From contig NC_090388.1 in NCBI RefSeq assembly GCF_036365525.1, positions 26,738,662-26,802,661 of the forward strand: a stretch of 64,000 nt of DNA, given 5' to 3'. Source of the DNA: Heterodontus francisci. Lineage: Eukaryota. The notes beneath the pieces were generated by a model that had not been told where the DNA came from, did not search any database, and saw only the letters and a program-made list of their open reading frames with translations. The position numbers were made by a program, and so were the translations under genes. This document shows positions 1-10,171 of this stretch, piece by piece (position 1 is the stretch's first letter; every line of letters starts with the position of its first letter).

Positions 1-1193
1 GCTCCTCCCATTTTCCACAGCAGCAACACCACCCACCCAACACTGGCCAGCTCCCACTTCGATCTGCACTTCTGGCATGCCCACGTGTGTTTTCATCTCC
101 TTTTGCAAAATGGTGCACGTCCACTTTGAGGCAAGATCCTGCACCCTCCACCCTCCTCCTGTTACCTTCCAGCTTGCCCCCATCACCCTTGACCCACCCA
201 ACTTTACCTTGCACCTTCCTTCTTTGACCCGTGAATCTCTCCCCATTATACTGGACTGCATAATTATCGATATTTACATGCCATCTCTTCCCCCAACCTC
301 CATCACTAGTCCCCATCGAAATGCCCATAATCACCCTAAATCTTCCCATCATCATCCTTAATGTTGTTGTCCAATCCCATGCCCCACCCAATGAGACCTT
401 CCTTTATCTGACCATGACTCTAGAACCAGCCCCCACTACCGAATCCCACTGCCCCATGACTGTGACTGTTCCCTCCATCAGCCAAAACCCTAAGATCGCC
501 CCACAGGACCCCACTGTAGAGAGTACTGACCCAGCCCTTCAGGTCCATCATGCACCTCACCTCCATTGACTGTCCCACCAAATCACCACCACAACCAGAA
601 AGCTAGGCCCTTCCCTCTTCCGCACATCCAGGCACCCAAACCCCACTTTCTCCCCTCCCTGGTTTCCCTCCTCCGCACCACCAAGCACTCAAACCCCACC
701 CTCTACCCTCCCTGGCGTCCCTGCTCCGCAACTCCAGGGACCCTCCCCAACGCCACCACCCCTCCAAAAATTCTCCCTTGCCGGTCCCGAGCCGGGAGCC
801 AAACCTCCATGCCAATGTTGCCCTCCCTTGTGCCGAAGAGTTCAAGAAAGAAAACAACTGACCTCAGACGCAACTGCACGAAGTCGATGGGTGCACGCCA
901 CTTTTAAACGAACATGAACTGAGTGCAATGAGATTCCCACGTTTTGCTGACTGAATCTGGCAGATATGACTTAATTTCAATTAATGATAAGGTAATTAGA
1001 ATTCAAGGTACGCAAATGTATTAAAAGGTGGAACCCGCCACAGGACGGTATGAGGCCCGACCCACCACAAACACACCGCTGACTTAATCTCCACCTTTAA
1101 ACCTGTTGGGAAATCGAAATATCACCTTCCATCTAATTAAGTCACCCCCACCGCCACGATTCCCGCTCTTGCAGGCCCCTTTAAATTCCCCCC
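1..1193. mobile_element. Terminal portion of a probable PIF/Harbinger-type DNA transposon, with C-rich low-complexity interior
   Basis: Ends in ttaaattcccccc (rc GGGGGGAATTTAA), resembling the GGG(C/G)NGRATTTTA termini of other Harbinger-family elements in the window. ORFs 77-907 are only low-complexity Pro/Thr/His. Confidence 0.45.
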
Positions 1194-2144
1194 AACATGT
1201 TCTCTCTACATTATGACATTAGTCATTTGCATGTGTGGAATGAGTCACAATATCAACGGAACACTGTATATTTACCAGCTTCTTACAACCAGAGTCCCTG
1301 TGACATTAACAACCATACTGATTAACTAACTATAAAATTACATTTTAAGAAAAAAACGATTGTACTAGTAGGAAAGATGTTGGGATGGAATTGGTTATAG
1401 CAATTCATCAAATGAGATCAAATCAAATCAACTAAGTATTTGGTTGGTCCATTACATGTAATATAAATATCATGCTTAATGGAGCTGCAAGTCTAATCTC
1501 TGGGTTATGAAGGTGCTTCTATATTTTTTGTTAAGTACTTTTTTTTTGAGGACTCACTTAAATTGTGGAGATAGTCATTGGAAGGCTGAAGATTTTATAA
1601 ATGCTGGACTTTGTTTTGTTGTTGACAGTTCACTGAAAGGGACACAGAGATATTGTTTGAAAACAACCACTGCTAGAAATCATGAGCTTTAAGCTCAAGA
1701 AACAACAGAAACCTTGGTGACCTGGTGAAGATGTTTACAGAGAAGCCACATGCCAAGGTTTACGGAGGTCAGGAGGTTGACTTTCTATTTGTGGTTTCGC
1801 TTCTGAGATATTGTTTTGGTTCATTCAGGTTGTGAACTGTTCTGAAGACAGTTGGTGTCTTGCCTGCCAAGGAAAAAGAAACCCCAGCTCATTTTGCCTG
1901 CACCTCTCTATGATACCCCGAGAAGGCCAATGTGTCAGCTCCTCTTTAAAGAAACCCTGCAAAGATCCAGTGTGGGACAGCTAAAATCCCTGGTGCTGCA
2001 TCTCTCCTGAGAAGCTGGAAAAACCTGCCAGATTAATTCTCAATACTGGCTGAAAAGAACTGCTTTAGAAAAGATTCCAGTGACCCGTCACCATATACCC
2101 AGATGCCAGAACAAAAGAGACAACTGACTTCCTTCCATAGCTTC

Positions 2145-2291
2145 TGAGCACATGGCATGTCATAACATTCAAGGCTATGGGCCAAATGCTGGCAAATGGG
2201 ATTAGGTAGACAGGTCAGGTGTCTCTAATGCATCGGTGCAGACTCGATGGGCCGAAGGGCCTCTTCTGCACTGTATTATTCTGTGATTCTC
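2145..2291 (+). mobile_element. 5'-truncated CR1/HER1 LINE 3' tail
   Basis: Nearly identical to the 3' end of the CR1 at ~18919-19045 (gagcac..cataacattcaaggctatgggcc..ctgtattattctgtgattct). Confidence 0.85.
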
Positions 2292-2356
2292 TTTTTTTTT
2301 CTTCAAGAATTAGCAAGTATTTGGCCAAAGTATTTTTTTTGTCTTTTTTTGGTAAC

Positions 2357-3642
2357 TGTCACAGAACTGTGATTATTTTTCTTCTCGGATTAAAAAGTGT
2401 GTGCCTTTCAGACTGATCACAGAGCGCCAGCTGTACCTGTCCCCAGGCCACAGCAAAAGAGAGAGAGAGGTCACATGGTATAACGTTTCTATTTGACTGT
2501 GTGTAAAACTGGCAAAAGCTGGTCTGAACCAGCCAAAAGTGAAGCATGCTACTGGGGAAAGGAGTTGTCTATTCTGTCTCTCAGCAGAAATTCTTCAAGG
2601 AGCTTCAGGCTGAGTTAATTGCCTAAGGAAAGAAAAAGGCTTTTATTTTAAAAGACCAATGGTATGGCTGAATGTAGCAAAACTCCTTTTCTTTACTTCC
2701 AAGTCAAGAAGTATTTGCTTTAAGATTGAATCTCTCTTGACTGATTGTTTGCTGCAATTTGAAGTAAAGTTTCAACTGAGAGACTGTCGGGTTTAAATTT
2801 CAAGTTGACCTATTGCTGTGCTCAACGTTGAAAGAACTGTTTGATTCCTGCCGCAGCCAAAGTGTTTTGAATGCCTATCAAGGACGGCACAGTGGCGCAG
2901 TGGTTAGCACCGCAGCCTCACAGCTCCAACGACCCGGGTTCGGTTCTGGGTACTGCCTGTATGGAGTTTGCAAGTTCTCCCTGTGACCGTGTGTATTTCC
3001 TCCCACGTGCCAAAGGCTTGCGGGTTGATAGGTAAATTGGCCATTGTAAATTGCCCCTAGTGTAGGTAGGTGGTATGATAATTGAGGGAAGGTGGGGGTG
3101 TGAGAGGGAAATGGGATTAATGTAGGATTAGCATAAATGGGTGGTTGATGGTCAGCACAGACTTGTTGGGCCGAAGGGCCTGTTTCGGTGCTGTATGACG
3201 CTATGACTAAGAACAGAGTATTTCCTCAAATCTGCGTGGAGACTTCCACTAGTACTTGATTATTTTCACATTAGAATACTTCACCCACTGGGAATGTAAC
3301 CCACAAGGACTTATTTATTTGTTAAGAAATGGCTAATTTTTAAAAATATATATTTTTTAGAGAAACCGGTTAACCGTGGTTTTTGAATCTATGTGTGTAA
3401 GTGGGGGAAGTTAGATTAAAATAAGTTATAAGGTCTTTCGACATAGGTTTATCTTAATAGTGTTTAAGATTTAGTTTTTTAATAAATAGTTAATTTGTTG
3501 TTGTCTAAAGATACCTGGTTTGGACTGTTTTATTCTAATTTGGCTGGTTTCCGGTTGGGTGGAAAAACTTTAATAATATGCTGCGCGCTTTGGAGTGATG
3601 GGACTGAATTGACTGTGCATTGCTCCCACCTCAGTCCTAACA
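2357..3642 (+). mobile_element. Solo LTR (Gypsy-like) nested in the outer LTR
   Basis: TGTCACA...CTAACA termini, 5-bp TSD gtaac (2352-2356 / 3643-3647), internal AATAAA at 3481. Confidence 0.75.
2882..3209 (+). mobile_element. HE1-type tRNA-derived SINE
   Basis: A box TGGCGCAGTGG, B box GGTTCGGTTC, and 3' tail gggccgaagggcctgtttc..tgctgtat shared with HER1/CR1 LINEs. A second copy lies at 25337. Confidence 0.9.
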
Positions 3643-5345
3643 GTAACAGACCTTTGCAGAATTTCCATATTTTTTTCTGTGTGCATGTATAGGGAATTTA
3701 AAGGGAACTTTCATATTTTAATCTGTATGTTAATACTTTGCTTCATTACAGGATAAGTCTTGTTTTATAATAAATTGATAACTTTGTTGTTTATTAAAGA
3801 AGCCTGGTTGGTGTATTTAATTCTGGGATAAACAGTAGAGTATATGATTGACCAAATCAGTAACTGGGTAAACATTTAAAAAAATATATATTGTGACCTG
3901 CGAAGAAGTGGGACTAGAAAAGATAGTGCACTCCTCGCACCTCGGTTGTAACATCTGTAAAATGGAAGCCAGTTCCTATCCACCTTAACTCCAGCTGAAG
4001 ACAGTATATAAACATAAAAAATTAAAAGCCGAATCAGTGTTTGCACAACATAATGGACAAAGTTTGTTGTCCCATCATTCTCCATTGGAAATTGTTCCAC
4101 AAAGCACAGTACTCAGTCACCATGGATCTGAAAGGAGGATAGAATGTGCTACAGAATTCTTCCCAGCCATTGTTAACAGCACTCTGCTATCAATAAAAAG
4201 TTTCAGAATAGAACACTACTTTCCTTCACAGTTCTCCATTCAGTAGCCTAGGCACAAAGTAGAAAAAGTCATCCAGTTAAGGCAGGGGAACTTTAATGTT
4301 AAGGCTAAAATTCATTCTGAAGAATCTCTGGCTTGGAGCCAGGCTTGAACCACAAATATTTGTTACATTGGTTTTCATGTATAAGTTGGCAAACCTGCAA
4401 AAAAGTTTTTTTGAAAGTCATATTTAAATAGAATTATTTTCAGTTGTGAAGTTCTATTAATTAACAGAGGTAATGCATAAAGCAGTGTTAGTCTGAGTTT
4501 ATATTTCGACTGAAGGTGGTATAAGAAAAGCCCTGGGATTCAGGGAAACCTACTGCATTATCACTTAGCTGTTCTTTGTGCAGCATGAGTGATGTGCAAA
4601 AGAATTTCCACACCAATTTCTGACACTGTTGACCTATTCATGCATGTTGCTTGTTACACTGAGAGACAGAGTGATAGTTGTGAGTACACTTGGTCCTTGC
4701 ATTGGCTTTAACCAGCATTCATTTTTAGCTTTTTAAAAATACTGATGATATAATACCAAAATTCCTCAATCGTTCAGCATTGTAGGAATGAAACAATTGT
4801 GGAGCAAACACTGTATAAATAACACTATGAAAAATAAAAGTTCCAACTGCAGCAACTCAAATATACAGCAATACCAAGTGACATATAATCCCTGAATTTG
4901 TAATACACAATGTGGGAACTGTCAACTCCTGTGGGGACATGAATTGAGCAGGAGTGGACTGGCCACCAGCAGCTGATCAGCTACCACCTGGTTTACATCC
5001 CCATCAAAGGCTGAAAGTTCCGCCCAGCATCTCAGAGCCAAATTGCTACAATTAAAAAAACAAATTCCAGGCAGATTGGTCCTGTGTTTTACATCAGCAG
5101 TAGTAAATTTTGTAAGGCCAAAGGCAGTTTACTTGTCAACCTTAACAGAAGGCCTTTACCTCCTAGTCTGAGACAATTTAAACCCCATTCTCGATGCTGA
5201 AGGACAGTGATTGTATTATTATTTACAAGTTTAAATCAAATTAATCACTTAGTAACACAGTGATCATACCCCACTCCCCCACAAACACAAGAGGCAAATT
5301 CATAATTGGAAATTTTCCTAAATATATAAGCAAAATTGGAATTAC

Positions 5346-5440
5346 CCTCTCCTTCAGGTTTAAATGATCCTCACCAAACTCAGCAGCCAATTCTATCAGC
5401 ATTTCTGATCCATGATAGCCATGAGCAGAATAAACAGCAT
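5346..5440 (-). CDS. LRRIQ1: LRRIQ1-like coding exon 3: (Y)AVYSAHGYHGSEMLIELAAEFGEDHLNLKER
   Basis: ttttgtag acceptor, AGG|gtaat donor, 95 nt, phase-compatible (1 to 0) with the upstream exon. Positionally similar to the recalled human LRRIQ1 N-terminus. Confidence 0.75.
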
Positions 5441-6655
5441 CTACAAAAACAAAAAGATCTCTAAAGAACAAGTAATTGACTGCATTAAAAGGGATTATTT
5501 AAAACAATATGGAAATGACCTATATAAACTTCATATCCTGAGGCTTAAAATAGTGAGCTCAAGAAGAATATGTGGGGACTGTGCATAGAATATTGATAAA
5601 GGTGAAAAAGTGTGCTTTATTAGTAACGTAATTATACCTTGCAGACAATTAATGCAAGTCAAACTCAAATGTCTCTGTTGTAGTGTTGTAGCAATTACAG
5701 ATTGGTTTTTCAGTCAAAGCTTAAGGTGTCAAATTGAATGTTAGCTTTAATCTCATTTAAGCGCACCTTTATATATATTTGGACAATGATAGCAGGTAGG
5801 TAATGTACAGCTAGTCAATGATTTTATTGTAGTTGGGCTTTAATACATGAAACAACAAATCGAGAAAGGTTTCTGGCCCATTTCTGGCAGCTGAAGGCCA
5901 GAACCAGCTGAATTTTGGATATCCATAGGTTCATAATCTTTATACACTAGATTTTCCATCCATTGCCTAAAAACAGACAGAAATCTAGCCTTATGTTCCT
6001 TGGCTAGCAGCTGTTAGACGATGGCACAATTCAACTAAAAGAAAAAGATGAAACCCTTCCGAGTAAAAATAACTGCAATACAGTATACTTCAAATTCTCA
6101 AACAGCCTTGGCAAAACCTTGATAAATAAAACATGTTTCTAATGAAAGAAAAAAAAAATTACAAGCTGTTCATTTCTCCCTATACTGTCCTCAAGAGCTT
6201 CTGGAATATATAAAGCTCATCTCTTTTGACCTTATTCAACTTCTGCCGAACGTGTGCAGTAAAGAAATAACTTACAGTAACTTTAGAAATGGAGCCCTAG
6301 AATTCCATTGTTACAAAATGTTTCTTCTATTGACAATATTAAATCTGAGAATATAAAAAAGCAGTGACAAATCTTTATATTTTTAATTAAAATGTGTAGT
6401 GTTGCTTCCTCCAGTCAATGAGTACCATTTCAAACATCTCCAAATCAGATGGACTGTGGAATCAAATTAAACAAAATGTTTTTAACCTCTATTTTTGTTC
6501 AGCAAATTGCCATTTGTCAAACCATAACAGCAGCAATTCCACTGTTACTGCAAATTAAAGCATGCTACGTCATGAACTTTCACAATACAGTTAAGTCATT
6601 TTCAAACTTGCAAAGCATGGAAGCAGATTTGGCAGCTTTACATAAATTCACTTAC

Positions 6656-6761
6656 AATCAGGTTGCTCTAAGTCCTGGAGAATTAGCTTTTCCACATTTT
6701 CACCCCTTTGCTTCATTTGCTCCAAATAGTAAAGGACAGAGTTGGGTAATTCATCTGAGTC
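6656..6761 (-). CDS. LRRIQ1: LRRIQ1-like coding exon 2: DSDELPNSVLYYLEQMKQRGENVEKLILQDLEQPD
   Basis: tttag acceptor, gtaagt donor, 106 nt. Strong resemblance to recalled human DSVELPESVLHCINIIKNRSKAVEELILQDLED. Confidence 0.88.
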
Positions 6762-6924
6762 CTAAACATGAATGATTCAAGTTATCAAATTTACTTAAAT
6801 TATTTTTGTCCCTAAAACATTTAAAAGGCCAGCAGCATAATCAATTGTTCCATGCTATGTAACTGCAACAATACTCTCCAATACACTATAGTATATTTAT
6901 GAAAATATTTTTAAAATTCTCTAC

Positions 6925-7115
6925 CCCAGAGGGCTATGGAAGCTCAGTCACTGAGTATGTTTAAAGCAGAGATTGACAGTATTTCTAAATACAAATGACA
7001 TAAGGGGATATGAGGATAGTGTGGTAAAAAGGCAATGAAGTGGATGATCAGCCATGATTGTATTGAATGGCAGAGCAGGCTCAATGGGCTGAATGGCCTA
7101 CTCCTGTTCCTATGT
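6925..7115 (+). mobile_element. CR1 LINE 3' tail fragment
   Basis: Typical shark CR1 3' end: gatcagccatgattgtattgaatggcagagcaggctcaatgggctgaatggcctactcctgttcctatgtt. Confidence 0.8.
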
Positions 7116-7146
7116 TCAACTATGCTCCTGATTTGTACCATCAAAT

Positions 7147-8612
7147 GCTACAACACTGGCATCTACTCGGCAATGTAGAAAATTGCCCAAGTATGTCCTG
7201 TACACAAAAAGCACGCCAACTCCAACTCGGCCACTTACCGCTTATCACACTTATCAGTCTACTCTTGATCATCAGCAAAGTGATAGAAGGGGTCGTCGAC
7301 AGTGCTATCAATTTGCACTTACTCAGCAATAGCCTGCTCACTGAAGTTCAGTTTGGGTTCCGTCAGGGCCACTCAGTTCCTGAACTCATTACAGCCTTGG
7401 TCCAAACATGGACAAAAGAGCTGAACGCCAGAGGTGAGAGTGATAGTCCTCAATATCAAGACAGCATTTGACCGAGTACGGCATAAAGGAGCCCTAGCAA
7501 AACTGGAGTCAATAGGAATCGGGGGAAAACTCTCCGCTGGTTGGAGTCATACCTAGGGCAAAAGAAGATGGTTGTGGTTGTTGGAGGTCAATCATCTCAG
7601 TCCCAGGATATCACTGCAGGAGTTCCTCAGGGTAGTGTCCTAGGCCCAACCATTGCCATCTGTTTCATCAATGACCTCCCCTCAATCATAAGGTCAGAAG
7701 TGGGAATGTTCACCGATGATTGCACAATGTTCAGCACCATTCGCAACTCCTCAGATACTGTGAAGCAGCCCATGGCTATATGCAGCAAGACCTGGTCAAC
7801 ATCCAAGCTTGGGCTGATGTGGCAAGTAACATTCGTGCCACACAAATGCCAGGCAATGAACATCTCAAACAACAGATAATCTAACCCTCTTCCTTGATGT
7901 TCAATGGCACTACCATCGTTGAATCCCCCATTATTAACATCCTGGGGATAACCATTGACCAGAAACTGAACTGGACCAGCCATATAAATACTGCGGCTAC
8001 AAGAGCAGGTCAGAGGCTCGGAATTCTGCAGCGAGTGACTCACCTCCTGACTCCCCAAAGCCTGTCCACCATCTATAAGGCATAAGTCAGAAGTGATGGA
8101 ATACTCTCCACTTGCCTGGATGCGTGCAGCTCCAACAATACTCAAGAAGCTTGACACCATCCAGGACAAAGCAGCCAGCTTGATTGGCACCCTATCCACC
8201 ACCTTCAACATTCACTCTCTTCTTCACTGGCGCACAGTGGCAGTACTGTGTACTATCTGCAAGATGCACTGCAGCAACTCACCAAGGATCCTTCGACAGC
8301 ACCCTTCTAAACCCACGACCTCTACCACCGAGAAGGAAAAGGGCAGCAGATGCATAGGAACGCCATCATCTGCAAGTTTCCCTCCAAGCCACACACCATC
8401 CTGACTTGGAACGATATAGCCATTCCTTCACAGTTGCTGGATCAAAATCCTGAAACGCCCTTCCAAACAGCACTGTTGGTGTATCTACACCACAAGGACT
8501 GTAGTCGTTTAAGAAGGAAGCTCACAACCACCTTCTCATGGGCAATTAGGGATGGGTAATAAATGCTGGCCTAGCCAGCGACGCCCACATCCCATGAACG
8601 AATAAAAAAAAA
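7147..8612 (+). mobile_element. 5'-truncated CR1-group LINE (RT pseudogene), same family as 10172-13626
   Basis: QFGFRQGHS, GVPQGSVLGP and FTDD motifs across frameshifted ORFs 7067-8404. 3' end gcccacatcccatgaacgaataaaaaaaa. Confidence 0.9.
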
Positions 8613-9062
8613 GAAATAATAGCAAATGGAAATTATTAACTGGGTATTTCAGTTCTGTACAAATTAACCGCTATTAACTTTACTGATTTATTTGTTTAGG
8701 ATGTAGTTAAACAGGTACATATTTTCCATCCCATTCCTTTACAAAAAATCTTATTTTTTCACCTCCTTCCGAGTTCCCTCATTTATTCACTGACTGAAAA
8801 AAAAGGCAGCACAGATTGAGTTTCCTATCAGTCACCTTGCAAGTGAAATTCAGCATTTCACTACGTGGGAAACTGCAAGCGTTCCTGATTCTGAGGAAGT
8901 GCGCAGCACTAAGTGTCATCCTTCCTACGAGTTCACCATCCATTACAAAGAAGGTTTTTTTACTGCTCAACTATACCCAATTGGCTGAACTGCTTTTTCA
9001 AATGATGAGGATAGGAGCGGTTCAACTTTTGCTTAACCACTCTCTCCCAAATTTTATCTAAT

Positions 9063-9178
9063 GGGGTGAATGTGACTTTGGACAATGGTGTAAAATGCAA
9101 GCTGCCAGCTCAACTACCCGTTAACCACTTCCCACAATTTTCATTACAAATGAAGTTAATAGAGTCAAAATTATCCCC
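9063..9178. mobile_element. Short MITE-like element with imperfect TIRs
   Basis: ggggtgaatgtgactttg ... agagtcaaaattatcccc, related to the termini of the 45192 element. Confidence 0.5.
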
Positions 9179-9727
9179 AACTGTTTATGACCTTTTAAAA
9201 TGTAATTTTAGTTATTCTCCCACAAGTATCTCATTAAAATTGCATTCGTAAATCTGTCACAATTCAGCAGTAGATGAAATCAACAAAATTACTTTAAACT
9301 AAAAAACTGCAAGCAAATGTATTATGCAAACAAAATATATAGGTTTCTGACTGAAAATATTCAGTTGTTGGCATCATTTATTAGTTTATTATGCAAAAAC
9401 TATTAACCAACATTTATCCGATAGACAAATATTTTAATGTCATCTTTGGTGTATTGATTTGCACAGCTTTATTAATTTTGTTGACATATTGATTGCAATA
9501 AAATACAAAACCATCTTCATTTGAAAGCATTATACTAAGAAAACCATTTTACAATAGACTTACTAAATATATATATTGCAAACACTGAAATGTATAGTTA
9601 TTACAATTAACATTTATGATACAAAGACTAAAAAGGGACAGCATATATTATGAAGCAGGTTGTAGGTTTTCAATGTTCAACTATTTCAAGACATTTAAAT
9701 GTAATTTTGTAACAAATTTAAACTTAC

Positions 9728-9850
9728 ATAATCTGGTTCAAGGAGAATCTCTTCGGATTGCTCCTCAAGTTCATCTATTTCTGACGGGGAAATGCTGATT
9801 TGTCTTAATTCAGCTTCAATTGCTTCTTCAATCAGATTATCTTCATCCAT
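9728..9850 (-). CDS. LRRIQ1: LRRIQ1-like first coding exon: MDEDNLIEEAIEAELRQISISPSEIDELEEQSEEILLEPDY
   Basis: ATG at 9850, 123 nt, TAT|gtaagt donor. Matches recalled human MDDDDAKLKAEIEAELDKLSIS. Head-to-head with a TSPAN19-like gene, as in human. Confidence 0.88.
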
Positions 9851-9960
9851 TATTTCCTTTTAAAATATTTTATAGTAGTTGCATATTAACTGTTCTTTAG
9901 TAACAAATTTAAACTGGCAGTTACAGCAAAAAAAATGATCACCTGGTCTAACACCACCAC

Positions 9961-10126
9961 TGTTACGAGCTCACAGGACAACAGTCTTGCTTGTACTGTG
10001 TCTTTATAGAACTCCCCGCAGAAGGATGCCTGCAGTGAGTGCCTCATGGTAGAGGTCACATGACTACACCAAGCCAGCAGGCACATTAGTACAGTATTGC
10101 ATTTCTATCCTAAACATCCCCCTTTT
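9961..10126 (-). mobile_element. 3' LTR (156 bp) plus polypurine tract of a Gypsy element
   Basis: On the - strand, PPT AAAAGGGGGA (10126-10117) is immediately followed by TGTTTAGG...TAACA (10116-9961). Same strand as the integrase at 13630-14918. Confidence 0.75.
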
Positions 10127-10171
10127 CATATAAAAATAATCAAAAAAATTACATATATTATCATTTTTACT

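Larger units (their letters stand above)
1503..3953 (+). mobile_element. Solo LTR (Gypsy-like), outer element, interrupted by a CR1 tail and a second LTR
   Basis: Ends in ...ggttgtAACA. Start ggttatg is probably a degenerate TGTTATG. Flanked by 4-bp TSD tctg (1499-1502 / 3954-3957). Confidence 0.7.

Noticed and set aside
77-907. Pro/His/Thr-rich ORFs
   Set aside because: Product of C-rich low-complexity repeat sequence, with no recognisable domain or splice support.
2882-2960. tRNA genes (also 25337 and 13540-13620)
   Set aside because: A/B boxes continue into SINE or LINE bodies, with no complete cloverleaf or terminator. These are retroposon heads.
3960-5340. Further LRRIQ1 exons
   Set aside because: The candidate AG..GT segments I checked had stops or no resemblance. 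The next exon probably lies beyond the left edge, or I missed it.
6449-6775. 108-aa + strand ORF
   Set aside because: Antisense shadow overlapping the real LRRIQ1 exon 6761-6656.
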